A stretch of DNA of 64,000 bases, taken from the IMG/VR virus record IMGVR_UViG_3300042922_001018; one strand, given 5' to 3'. This DNA is from a virus (lineage: Duplodnaviria > Heunggongvirae > Uroviricota > Caudoviricetes). The translations under genes were made by a program, and so were the position numbers. The notes under the pieces were generated by a model. It was not told the origin of the DNA. It saw nothing but the letters and a program-made list of their open reading frames with translations, and did no database searches. Below are positions 28,503 to 38,196 of the stretch, in pieces. Each line of letters begins with the position of its first letter. Within the stretch, counting starts at the first letter, position 1.

Positions 28503-28814
28503 TTAGCCTTTGCTGATGCGATTGTAGAACGCTTCCAGCTCGTCGGGACTGTACGTGTGCCACACATCGAAGCCGAGAGCGCCCGCGGTCTGGAACACAG
28601 CGAAGGTCGTTCCGACTGCCATCATGATGGCGATGGCACCTACCGCCATGCCGATGAGTGCGAAACCGGGGTGCGAGCGTTCGCGCCTCGCGATGAAGAG
28701 CGAGACCGTGCTGACGATGAACCCGACGAATGGGACGAAGGCCAAGGTCAACCCGACGACGCTTGTCAGGTTCGCGTCCTGAAGCTTAGGCTTCGGTGTG
28801 GCTACCGTTGTCAT
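28503..28814 (-). CDS. small membrane protein (DUF4190-like)
   Basis: Two TM with basic loop; TGGTACCCT-N6-ATG. Confidence 0.7.
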   Translation of the reverse strand: MTTVATPKPKLQDANLTSVVGLTLAFVPFVGFIVSTVSLFIARRERSHPGFALIGMAVGAIAIMMAVGTTFAVFQTAGALGFDVWHTYSPDELEAFYNRISKG

Positions 28815-28843
28815 GGGGCTAGGGTACCACATGGGTTAGCGAG

Positions 28844-28934
28844 CGGAGCGGGTGGGATTTGAACCCACGGAACGGGATGAACCGTTCACCTGATTTCGAA
28901 TCAAGCGCACTCGGCCGGACTATGCGACCGCTCC
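28844..28934 (-). tRNA. tRNA-Ser(CGA)
   Basis: Long variable arm, G73. Confidence 0.92.
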
Positions 28935-29040
28935 ATAGGGCAAGGACTCCTTAGGTAGCGACCCCAGGAGGTTGAGACTTCCGCACAGGCCTCGCCAGCC
29001 CCATGCTCCCACCCGAAGGCAGGCTCTCGAAGTTGTTTCC

Positions 29041-29117
29041 GCCCCGAGGGTGGACTTGAACCACCGACCCTCCGCACCAACTGGGGGTGTTCCGCCGTCA
29101 CGAACTTGCAGCGGGGA
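29041..29117 (-). ncRNA. degenerate tRNA-like RNA
   Basis: T arm GGTGGTTCAAGTCCACC and D-like GTTC..GAAC; no regular anticodon arm. Confidence 0.5.
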
Positions 29118-29230
29118 CAGCATCCGGGAACCTCCCGGAACGCAGTTTCCTGCGCGTAGAGGTCAGTGAGTTGTTCGCAGGTTGAACGCGTATTGCCTGC
29201 GACCGCTTCTCTGCATCAGCGGTACGTCAC

Positions 29231-29314
29231 GAACCGGACAGGCTACCCAGCCAGTCGTTTTACCAAGCCGTCTATGTGGCACAGGCGGGGACTCGAACCC
29301 CTTGCATCCGGTTC
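29231..29314 (-). ncRNA. circularly permuted tRNA mimic (YrlA-like)
   Basis: Ends GAACCGGA/TCCGGTTC pair; T arm, then acceptor-like stem closed by CCA loop. Confidence 0.58.
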
Positions 29315-29317
29315 TCG

Positions 29318-29701
29318 TGGAGATGGGGGGAATCGAACCCCCGTCCATTGTCATCTTTCCAGGCCTTCTACGAGCGTATCCTCTTGTTCTTCCTGTCCGT
29401 CGCGGCGTTGGAGGCACCGGAGCGCGGGGACACCACACCCTCATACTCAGTACCGCCGAGTGTGAGACTCGGTACTGCGCCTGTGTCTTGGGTTTGATAC
29501 CGGGCCGTCCAGGTGTTCAGGCTACCTGATTGACGGTGCGGCAGACCTCATTGAGGCCGTCGCGGCTTACGCTGCGAGGGCGAGGTCGTTGCGAGTTGCG
29601 TTGGCATCTCTTGGTGGACTGGCATTGATGCGGGGTTACCAGACCAATCCCCGGCTCGCTTCTCCTCGAAGCAACTGACGATGTCGAAACCGGTCATCCC
29701 C
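29318..29701 (-). ncRNA. ssrA: tmRNA, tag ANATRNDLALAA
   Basis: 5' GGGGATGACCGGTTTCGAC; 3' GACGGGGGTTCGATTCCCCCCATCTCCA (G3:U); tag frame 29605-29567. Confidence 0.95.
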
Positions 29702-29827
29702 AGTCGTGACCTGCCGAAGCGGGTCACTGGTTGAGAAACAGGACAAGTTCGTTTACACAGGCCTCGTCACGCCTCGATACAACTCATCCCCGGCCGTTTC
29801 TCCTGACCGTTGAGGGACTTCGTTTCG

Positions 29828-29899
29828 CACGCCTGCCTGGACTCGAACCAAGAACAAAGGTACCAGAAACCTCCGTGTTGCCAATTACACCACAAGCGT
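29828..29899 (-). tRNA. tRNA-Gln(CTG)
   Basis: Cloverleaf; loop TTCTGGT. Confidence 0.9.
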
Positions 29900-30047
29900 A
29901 TAGCGCCGAAGCGCTGTCATGCATCCGATATCTCGTATCGGAAACCGTTGAGCTACATCTCGTTCTCGGAGAAGCTGCGCGAACCTCTCTGGCCGATGTC
30001 ACGGACCCGAACCGTACGCCACCATCATCGACTGTCTCTTAGAACGA

Positions 30048-30099
30048 GCGGGCGAGGAGTTGAACCCACCGTCTCCCGAGCGTGCATCGGGTGCTCTCT
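30048..30099 (-). pseudogene. 5'-truncated tRNA-like fragment
   Basis: CCCGA-TGCACGC-TCGGG arm and T-like loop directly after tRNA-His; no 5' D/acceptor strand. Confidence 0.45.
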
Positions 30100-30101
30100 A
30101 G

Positions 30102-30175
30102 GGTGAATAACGGGATTCGAACCCGCGACATCCGCGACCACAACGCGGCGCTCTACCGACTGAGCTATATCCACC
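30102..30175 (-). tRNA. tRNA-His(GTG)
   Basis: G-1:C73; loop TTGTGGT. Confidence 0.93.
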
Positions 30176-30415
30176 ATGCGCCGTTGCGGCTACCTGCTCC
30201 GCGGGAGTCGAACCCAACGGACAGCGGGATTTGAACCCGTAGCGACAACAGCCTTCGCGCTGCTCGCCCCGTGGCGAGTTGTTCAGCGCTGACCGAACCT
30301 GGGGTGCATGCTGCGTCAGGTTCAGAAGAAGTGAGGGACGGGCGGCATAACGCGTACTTGGAAGCGTCCGTGCACAGACTTGTATTCCGACCGCCAGAGG
30401 CCGACCCCGCCCCCG

Positions 30416-30488
30416 TGGACCCAGAGGGACTTGAACCCCCGACATCCTCGGTGTAAACGAGGCGCTCTACCAACTGAGCTATAAGTCC
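30416..30488 (-). tRNA. tRNA-Val(TAC)
   Basis: Cloverleaf; loop TTTACAC. Confidence 0.93.
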
Positions 30489-30571
30489 ATTCGAGTGTCC
30501 GATGCAAGCACCGTCAGACGCACTCGACGCCTGTGACCGCTTATTTCTAGGGTGCAGTTCACTATACCCCG

Positions 30572-30670
30572 TACCCTCTGCGGGACTCGAACCCGCACCT
30601 TGTATCCAGGCTTCGAAAACGCGCTTCCCTGCCGGGGGCTAAGGTTCCCCAACCTCGTACCTTCTGGGTA
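30572..30670 (-). ncRNA. derived tRNA-like RNA
   Basis: Perfect T arm GCGGGTTCGAGTCCCGC; TACCC/GGGTA ends; remainder non-canonical. Confidence 0.45.
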
Positions 30671-31105
30671 GCGAGGCCCGGTCCCGGTGCATCCGCAACG
30701 TTCCTGGAATGACACCCCACCGTTTTTGGGCCGCTCTTCCTTTTGAGCTAAGAAGGTATGCAAGTGGGACTCGCCCGGCTCAGGCTTCACCCACATCCGC
30801 CGTCCCGGACCCATTTCGCACCGAACAGTGGCGGGATTCCTTCGTTTGTCGAACACGCGAAGTGTTCAGTCGCCAGACGACTGGCTGCTCTACCCCGAGC
30901 CAGGGCCGTGGTTCTTGCGGTGCCACGGTACCGTCGGGGCGCCAACCCCTGCTCCTGGCGAATCAGGCATGATGTGAGCGTACAGCATTCATAGCGAGTA
31001 CGCAAGTGGCAAGGCCCGTTAGCCCTCGGGTAGCGAGACGCGTCCCGCCGACTTGCGGAAGCAACGCCGCGCATCTTTTGCTGAGTTGCCCCTCAGCGAG
31101 CCTTG

Positions 31106-31177
31106 CTCCCCCGACTGGATTCGAACCAGTGACGCATCGGTTAACAGCCGAACGCTCTGCCGCTGAGCTACAGGGGA
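31106..31177 (-). tRNA. tRNA-Asn(GTT)
   Basis: Cloverleaf; loop CTGTTAA. Confidence 0.92.
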
Positions 31178-31402
31178 ATAGTGGTGGACGACCCTCACGC
31201 CGCCCGGCCTCACACCGGGACTGAGGCTTGCTTCGCAAGCTGCCTCTCTTCAACGTTGGGCTACGGTCTAGGGGTCGCCCGGTGACGGCTGTTTGTGTCA
31301 TAGGGGCCGTCGGTCCCCATCTCGGGAGAGTCTAGAATCTCCGAGCACGGCGCGTACGCGACGCTGTGTTACAAGCGCCACGGTTTGTATGCCGTCGTAC
31401 AG

Positions 31403-31475
31403 TGGACCTGAGGGGAATCGAACCCCTGACCTCCTCGATGCGAACGAGGCGCGCTACCAACTGCGCTACAGGCCC
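31403..31475 (-). tRNA. tRNA-Ala(CGC)
   Basis: G3:U70; loop TTCGCAT. Confidence 0.93.
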
Positions 31476-31629
31476 GTATGGGCCGACCCGTTGACTGCCC
31501 TCCGGTTTACACACCGGTTCGTGTGGCTGCCCTCCCTCAGTCGCGCGTACGGGTCAAGCCGCGCGGGTGTTCTTTCCTACAGCCGAGGGGAGCGCGAGGC
31601 GCTCTTGCTTCCGCTCCGAGGAGCGGCAG

Positions 31630-31712
31630 TGCCGGACACGGGACTCGAACCCGCACGAGCTAATGCTCACTGCGACCTGAACGCAGCGCGTCTACCATTC
31701 CGCCAATCCGGC
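31630..31712 (-). tRNA. tRNA-Leu(CAG)
   Basis: Long variable arm. Confidence 0.93.
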
Positions 31713-31870
31713 ATAGCAGCGAGCGCCCGAAGACACCCACCGCCACGACGAGCCACCTGTTCTAGCCAGTCCTCTACTGACCCCGGAGTGGTAGCTCCGT
31801 AACCCGCTCGTCATCGGGGTCACAGCTCCTTTCTAGATGCCTCGGGCGAGACTATGCTGTGACTGCTCGG

Positions 31871-31943
31871 TACCCCGCATCGGACTTGAACCGATAACCT
31901 TCCGACCCTAAATCGGACGCCTCTTCCATTGGGCTAGCAGGGC
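31871..31943 (-). tRNA. tRNA-Leu(TAG), short variable loop
   Basis: Loop TTTAGGG. Confidence 0.88.
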
Positions 31944-32038
31944 GAATGGAGCCGCGAGCAAATACCACCGACTGCTCCTTCTCCTCTTCCAGCCCGGATT
32001 GTGGGATGCCGCTGGAAGCGGGCCTCCGAGGAGGCTTG

Positions 32039-32125
32039 TGCGCATGACTGGACTCGAACCAGCACGCCCGTTGTATAGGGCACGGCGACCTCAACGCCGC
32101 GTGTCTACCATTCCACCACATGCGC
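32039..32125 (-). tRNA. tRNA-Leu(GAG)
   Basis: Long variable arm. Confidence 0.93.
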
Positions 32126-32363
32126 ATACAAGGCCGACTCAGTTGTGAACGTGGTCCGCACCTTGCTTACCGTTCTCAGCCGGTGTGTCTGCCTGCCGTA
32201 ACGTGGCAGGGGCCAGAAGGTTCCGTTTCCAGCTCGACGCCTCATGTTGTCGCCAATGAGGAGCTATCCGTCTACGTGACGGCCCGCTCCGAGTACGACT
32301 CGGAGTTCATTGGTGTCGCTACTCGCCAGTAGCGCTCTTTCACGGTGTACGTCCCACCGGCCG

Positions 32364-32436
32364 TGCCCTCAGAGGGACTCGAACCCCCGACCCCCTCATC
32401 CGTAGTGAGGTGCTCTATCCACTGAGCTATGAAGGC
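32364..32436 (-). tRNA. tRNA-Arg(ACG)
   Basis: Cloverleaf; loop CTACGGA. Confidence 0.93.
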
Positions 32437-32634
32437 GTACGGACTCGACACAGCCGCTAAGCCACGCCTGTCCGCGACGGACACTACCCAGCCGCCCTGG
32501 GGCACTCCCTGTCGCCGTGCACGCGCCTGGATATCGAACCGATTTCTCACGGTCTTGTCCTCAACTCCAGGTCTAGGAACTCGCACCAGCCCCGGCGAGT
32601 TGGGGTTACGTCGGGCGGGAAACTCGACGCGTTG

Positions 32635-32707
32635 CTGGAATAGAAGGACTCGAACCTTCAACCTACCGGTTAACAGCCGGTCGCTCTGCCGATTGAGCTA
32701 TACTCCA
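32635..32707 (-). tRNA. tRNA-Asn(GTT)
   Basis: Cloverleaf; loop CTGTTAA. Confidence 0.92.
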
Positions 32708-32713
32708 ATACTG

Positions 32714-32979
32714 TGACCCACCCCACCGGGACTCGAACTCGACTCGCAAGTCACTAGGCTTACGAATCGCTCGGACGCTCGCGCAATCCGACCGGACGTG
32801 TCGTTCGCGACCACGACTGCACAGAGCAAGCCGCCGTCCACCTAAGTGGACCCGCCCCGTTTCCGAGGGCCGCTGAGACCAGATGGTTTCCCACCATGCC
32901 TCCCGAAGTAGCCTCTTGGCAGCCCTCGGGCGGTTTAGGTGTAGACCACCGCGTGTACCAATTCCGCCATAAAGCGGTC
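32714..32979 (-). ncRNA. tRNA-scaffolded RNA with ~190-nt multi-hairpin variable region
   Basis: Leu-type D arm at 5' end, 10-nt anticodon-position loop, T arm and paired acceptor at 3' end. Confidence 0.65.
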
Positions 32980-33005
32980 ACATTGAAACGTCTTGCGACG
33001 TTCCG

Positions 33006-33078
<73 letters not shown>

Positions 33079-33082
33079 ATAA

Positions 33083-33193
33083 CCTACCGTCTCGTTCATA
33101 GAGCCAGCCCGCTCTGCCGATTGAGCTACCGCCCCTTAGAGGAGCGAATGGGACTCGAACCCACAACCGGCCAGCCGTGCACGATACGGCAAG
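33083..33193 (-). ncRNA. YrlA-like Y RNA (circularly permuted tRNA mimic)
   Basis: Long terminal stem, then T arm, acceptor stem closed by CTA loop, then D arm. Confidence 0.85.
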
Positions 33194-33250
33194 TCCCTCC
33201 AACGCTCCGGAGCGCTGGGTTGAATCGAACGCTTGCAACCGTCCGACCAG

Positions 33251-33324
33251 TCGGGATAACAGGATTTGAACCTGCGACTTCTCGCTCCCAAAGCGAGCGC
33301 TCTACCAAGCTGAGCTACACCCCG
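33251..33324 (-). tRNA. tRNA-Pro(TGG)
   Basis: Cloverleaf; loop TTTGGGA. Confidence 0.93.
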
Positions 33325-33563
33325 ATGTGAGCTGTATCGGGCATCCCCGCCGGACTTCTCGCGTGTCGCAAGACACGCGATTCACCGGAGCGACTTCATC
33401 ACGGGGTTCGCGCCCTAAGGGTACGCGTTACCGCGACTGGTCACTGTTCATGAACACGTGGAGTCCAAACCTTTAGGCGCCCGTCGGCCCCTGTCAAGGT
33501 CTGTCGCTCCTCCGCCTTGGAGCACGCCCGTTACCGGGTCGAGGTGAGTGTTCATCACCACCG

Positions 33564-33636
33564 TGGAGCCTAGGAGATTCGAACTCCTGACATCCTGCTT
33601 GCAAAGCAGGCGCTCTACCAACTGAGCTAAGGCCCC
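33564..33636 (-). tRNA. tRNA-Ala(TGC)
   Basis: G3:U70; loop TTTGCAA. Confidence 0.93.
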
Positions 33637-33878
33637 ATTCGGTTCAGGAAGATGCGAGACTCGGCCTTGCTCACGGGTGCCCCCGCGAACTACCTCCACT
33701 CGACGCTGTGTTCTGTCTTCCATCGCCTAGAAGTTGTCGCACCGTTCCATCATCCCGGCAACCCCTTGCGGGACCAGTCGGAGAATCGAACTCCCCGGAA
33801 ACTTCAACTTCCTAAGCACGAGCGTACCATGCATCCACATCGTACGCAAGTCGAGAACTCGATGAGTCTCGAAGAATC

Positions 33879-33957
33879 AAGGGAGCGCGCTCTTATGCCG
33901 ATTGCACCACCCCGCCCGACCGGGCGGGGACGGGACTCGAACCCGTATCTCTCCCTT
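33879..33957 (-). ncRNA. compact circularly permuted tRNA mimic (YrlA-like)
   Basis: AAGGGAG/CTCCCTT ends; T arm; CCCCGCCCG/CGGGCGGGG closed acceptor; D-like segment last. Confidence 0.75.
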
Positions 33958-33959
33958 CG

Positions 33960-34033
33960 TCTGGGTAACAGGATTTGAACCTGCGACCTCCGCGTCCCGA
34001 ACGCGGCGCTCTACCAAGCTGAGCCATACCCAG
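33960..34033 (-). tRNA. tRNA-Pro(CGG)
   Basis: Cloverleaf; loop TTCGGGA. Confidence 0.92.
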
Positions 34034-34226
34034 TCATCGAATGGTCAGACGCCCTGTCGAACAGGTTCGGCCCTGGTCACTCCGGACTCGCAAGCTGTTT
34101 TCTGATTTCACTCGACTTTACAGTTCCACGCGGCGAACTCCCCATCCACGGCGCTCACCGTGACCGAGGAGTGGACCCCGGCGCCGTACACTAGCGCGGA
34201 GCTACTTGCGCTAGGTGTCGAACTTG

Positions 34227-34300
34227 CGACCCTGACGGGACTTGAACCCGCGACCTCCGCCGTGACAGGGCGGCACGCTAACCAACTGCGCTACAGGGCC
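34227..34300 (-). tRNA. tRNA-Asp(GTC)
   Basis: Cloverleaf, G73. Confidence 0.93.
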
Positions 34301-34377
34301 ATAGGCGGACCGAAGTGTCAACCCGCCATGGCAACACCCTAACGTGGGTGTCAGACGACAACCGAATGGTTGCACTG

Positions 34378-34451
34378 CGAGACCGACGGGACTTGAACCC
34401 GCGACTTCCACCGTGACAGGGTGGCACTCTAACCGACTGAGCTACGGCCCC
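34378..34451 (-). tRNA. tRNA-Asp(GTC)
   Basis: Cloverleaf, G73. Confidence 0.92.
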
Positions 34452-34572
34452 AGAGAACGACAAGTAGTGGTGCATCCCGCCTGCGCCCCATTCAGGCGCG
34501 CCGACCCATATAGGGCCGAAGGCACTTCTCGTCGCAGGAACAGTCCACGATGCACTCGCTCGCCGTTCTTTG

Positions 34573-34646
34573 TCGCCCACGCTGATTTCGAGTCAGCGAC
34601 CTCCGTCCCCCTATGGGACGGTGCTCTACCTCTGAGCTAGTGAGCG
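34573..34646 (-). ncRNA. tRNA-like RNA with 9-nt anticodon-position loop
   Basis: CCGTC-CCATAGGGG-GACGG; T loop CTCGAAA. Confidence 0.68.
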
Positions 34647-34979
34647 TCAACGCCACCGTAGCGGCGCCGTGGTGTTCTACAGCCGCTCCGATGCCTCGGC
34701 CTACGGACTGCTCACCACTCGGGACTTTCACCCGTGTGACCCCCGCTCGCGCCCTTCCTATGTATTGCGACGCGGCGTCCGAGGCGGTCGCTATCTCCGC
34801 CTCAGTGTTCTACTCGGCCCTAGGTCTTGCCGAGTCACGCGTGACCCACCCGGAGGCGTCACGCTTACAGTTTCAAGCTGGGCACTTGTTCCCTACACTG
34901 CCAGGAAGTCGGTTTCACGCTGACCGACCTAACGGGGAGGACGACACGCAGCGAACGTATCGGCGGACCCTGTCACCAG

Positions 34980-35052
<73 letters not shown>

Positions 35053-35383
35053 ACACAGACCGCCTACCAGTTGACCGCTGGTCGGCTTCCGGACGCTTCA
35101 GAGAAGGTCAACTGTCCTTCACGCCGGGTACCCTCGTCTGCAAGGGGTTGACTCAACAGGCGGACTCCCGAGTCGAAGGAGCGGGATGAACCGAAGCCAG
35201 GACACCATCCTGCTCACAATGAGTATGCTTCGGCATGACTGCCCTACGCCGTGCGTAGCACGGTCGCTGATGGAGTGGTCTCAGAAAGCTTAGGGCTGCT
35301 TCGCGCTCCGTATCGCTAGGCTGCCAGTATTACGGCGGACCGCATTGACCTTATCCTGAGAGAGCAAGACCTTGCTTGCTACG

Positions 35384-35456
35384 AGGGACGTGGGGGATTC
35401 GAACCCCCGTCATCACTTTGGAAGAGTGAGGTACTAGGCCTCTATACGAACATCCC
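35384..35456 (-). tRNA. tRNA-Gly(TCC)
   Basis: Loop CTTCCAA, U73; Glu-like D arm. Confidence 0.88.
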
Positions 35457-35714
35457 ATAGCCTGATTCACGGTTGTTGTTACCGAGAGTCGCTCGCACCA
35501 TCGAGCACAGGCCGCTGACTGTTTCGCGCATCGGAGGTAGATGGTTGCAACGTCCGAGTCGCCATGCGTCAAGGACACCTACCTGTTCCCGCTTACGGCG
35601 GTGAAGCTATTCGACTTGCTCACACTCTGCTGACAGCCAACGGATTCCGTAAGCTCTCAGCAAGAGTGCGAGCGCAGGTCGCTACCCCTGTCCTATCCGT
35701 CAGACTGGAACGGT

Positions 35715-35912
35715 CTAGTTGCCACTCTCGAAGAGAGCAGTTTCAAGTTCGTCGCGACTCGACAGCGGCATGACCCGCCAGAAGTAGTCACCGTCATCCT
35801 CCGGAAGCCGGAACTCCAGCTCCCCGATTTCTTCAGCGCTGAACGGTCCGTACACCGTGGTGTAGTCCGCGTCGCCGTCGCTCCGTACGATGACGTGTGT
35901 CTTGTCACTCAT
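35715..35912 (-). CDS. small acidic hypothetical protein
   Basis: TGATAGAGT-N6-ATG. Confidence 0.65.
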   Translation of the reverse strand: MSDKTHVIVRSDGDADYTTVYGPFSAEEIGELEFRLPEDDGDYFWRVMPLSSRDELETALFESGN

Positions 35913-36086
35913 TCCCCTACTCTATCACGAGATGAGGGGACCAGACCGGCCGCTGACGCACGCGATTTGCGGCTCCACCGTCCACACGGCCGGTCATGGG
36001 GTCTGCGCTAAAGTCAAAGACTGGGCGATTCGTCAAAATGAACCCATCAGCCGGGAGACAAGCGGCGCATTCGCCTGCTATTCCTG

Positions 36087-36158
36087 TAGGCCCATAGGGA
36101 ATCGAACCCTAGACACTCGGATTAAAAGTCCGCAGCTCTACCACTGAGCTATAGGCCC
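36087..36158 (-). tRNA. tRNA-Lys(TTT)
   Basis: Cloverleaf; loop CTTTTAA. Confidence 0.92.
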
Positions 36159-36292
36159 GCAGCACGCTGCACCTTTGCCATTTACGCCACCACAGCGTCA
36201 GGGTCATTGGATAAGGCGAGCTTCACCTTGGATGCCCACCGTAGCTTCCGTCCGCCTTGGTAGTGCGACGCGAGAAGCATGGTGAGCAGGGG

Positions 36293-36377
36293 TGGTGCCA
36301 GTGGAGAGATTCGAACTCCCGAAGCATTACACGGCTGATTTACAGTCAGCTCCCTTTGGCCACTTGGGTACACTGGC
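36293..36377 (-). tRNA. tRNA-Tyr(GTA)
   Basis: Long variable arm, encoded CCA. Confidence 0.93.
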
Positions 36378-36535
36378 ATTCATTCGCCCGACCGGAAGCC
36401 GGGTGAATCAATAGCGGATTGAGACCGAGTCTGCGGGGCTACCCACTCCCTCGAAGAAGACGCTGCCTCCTACCGCTCTATGGTTGGTCGGCTACCCCTC
36501 TTTCCGCTTCATGACGCGAGGTCGAGGAGACCTTG

Positions 36536-36608
36536 TGCACCCCCTGGGACTTGAACCCAGAACCCACTGATTAAGAGTCAGTTGCTCTGCCGATTGAGCT
36601 AGAGGTGC
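36536..36608 (-). tRNA. tRNA-Lys(CTT)
   Basis: Cloverleaf; loop CTCTTAA. Confidence 0.93.
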
Positions 36609-36824
36609 GTAGCCAAGGGCGCTCCCCGGCAGTTCCATCGCTTCGAGCAGTGCGCTCGCGAGGCATACCGATTAGCGGCCCTTGGCCGTTAAAACTTCAT
36701 CCACTATGGAGTTCCCAAAGAACACCCGCCGTATCAACTTCCGTCTCCCGACGAAAGAGGTTGCCCACCATGGTGGGGGCGGTGGACTCGACGTTACCGG
36801 GTTACCCCGATTCTGTCAAGTTCG

Positions 36825-36897
36825 CGGGTCTGACAGGACTTGAACCTGCAACCGGCGGTTTTGGAGACCGCTGCTCTACCAATTGAGCTACATACCC
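36825..36897 (-). tRNA. tRNA-Trp(CCA)
   Basis: Cloverleaf; loop CTCCAAA, G73. Confidence 0.92.
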
Positions 36898-37018
36898 ATG
36901 TATCTTGCTGTTGAGTTATACGAGAAGAGGCCTCCCGGTGTGGGAAGCCTCTGGGTTTTGGTCCGATTTCTCGGACTTCTCGGTCTGATTCTTGTGAACC
37001 ATCCGGGTCTGCTTTCGC

Positions 37019-37171
37019 TTACCGGTTGACCTCCAGAGGCTGCGCCGTCCCATCGAAGCTATACGGCTTCTGGGTGCGCCAATTCGCCTTCGACAGGTGA
37101 ATGGACGCGGGGGATTCGACGGCGCCACAAAGCACTGCGCGTCCTGCGCCTTGCTTCATTTTGTTCGCCAT
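37019..37171 (-). CDS. possible 50-aa peptide leading the RNA island
   Basis: MANKMKQG...; AAGGAG RBS. Confidence 0.4.
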   Translation of the reverse strand: MANKMKQGAGRAVLCGAVESPASIHLSKANWRTQKPYSFDGTAQPLEVNR

Positions 37172-37347
37172 GCGAATCTCCTTGGTTGGTGACCTGGGTA
37201 GGTCGTTCGTGTTCACTCTAGCACACGCACCCGAAGATGTGTGAACTATGTCGTGCGTACTTCGTGTAGGCGGCGGATGTAGACCCGTGATTCCGTCCAA
37301 CAACAAGCAGCCTATCACACGTTCCGAAGAACGCGCAACCCCTAGTT

Positions 37348-37902
37348 TCAGGGAAGGTCGTCAGCGGGAGAGAAGAACTCCGGAGACGTGCGCGCCCGCT
37401 CATGCGCAGCGCGAACCTCGGGGTCAGCGAGAGCCAGCTCTTCCAGCGGCATCGCCACGCGCGGCTGAGAGGCCAGGCTGCTCGTGCGCATGAGATTCAG
37501 CCGCTCCCCGGAAGACTGAATCATCCGGCGCATGGCGTCCGAGAACTCTGGCGAGATGGAGTGGTAATGCCCCAGCATCGAGGTCAGCGCCGCACGCGAC
37601 TCGGGAGACATGTCCTCGTTCTCGGCTGCCTTCGCCTTCAACTCCTCGATAGTCAGCGGCTCTTCCGCGGGCAGCAGCGCCCGCAGCGTGTCAACGTCGA
37701 TAGAAACTTCACGGGTCTCGAACCCCTGTCCATCGTCGTACACCTCTTCTCGGAGGATACGACGCGCTTCCTCAACGGCGTCATCATGCGCTGACGATGA
37801 TGCGTCCAGAACGACTTCCGGAGACGACCCCGACTTCTCAGCGAACTTGCCGTCAGATGAACGCGGCGTCTCGAACGGGTCGAAGTAGCGAGGCCCAGGC
37901 AT
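37348..37902 (-). CDS. PR..DG.F..PE-tagged protein 1
   Basis: N-term ETPRSSDGKFAEKSGSSPEVVL. Confidence 0.8.
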   Translation of the reverse strand: MPGPRYFDPFETPRSSDGKFAEKSGSSPEVVLDASSSAHDDAVEEARRILREEVYDDGQGFETREVSIDVDTLRALLPAEEPLTIEELKAKAAENEDMSPESRAALTSMLGHYHSISPEFSDAMRRMIQSSGERLNLMRTSSLASQPRVAMPLEELALADPEVRAAHERARTSPEFFSPADDLP

Positions 37903-38180
37903 CAGTCGTCCCAGCGGTCATCGAAGCCGTGGGCGTCCGTTGTCCGCAGAGCGTCCGGGTCGGCATTCCCCACGATACCAGCGTAGTACGCGGCTTCGGC
38001 TTCAGTGTCATGGTTCGAGCAGTGGTAGTCCACGTCGCACTCGCACTCGCGGCCGGGAAGGAGAAAGCCGTTCTGCGGACCGGGAATGTCGGCGTCCAGT
38101 GCAACCTCGGGCGACGCGCCGGTCTTCTCGGCGAACTTGCCATCGGTTGCTCGCACGACTTCGTTTTCGTTGAAGCTCAT
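37902..38180 (-). CDS. PR..DG.F..PE-tagged protein 2 (Cys/His-rich body)
   Basis: MSFNENEVVRATDGKFAEKTGASPEVAL; GCCTACA-N7-ATG. Confidence 0.8.
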   Translation of the reverse strand: MSFNENEVVRATDGKFAEKTGASPEVALDADIPGPQNGFLLPGRECECDVDYHCSNHDTEAEAAYYAGIVGNADPDALRTTDAHGFDDRWDD

Positions 38181-38196
38181 GAACGGATGTAGGCGG

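Noticed and set aside
32746-32930. Group I intron in a tRNA-Leu
   Set aside because: No recognisable P7 or R/S core; insert lies in the variable region rather than the anticodon loop
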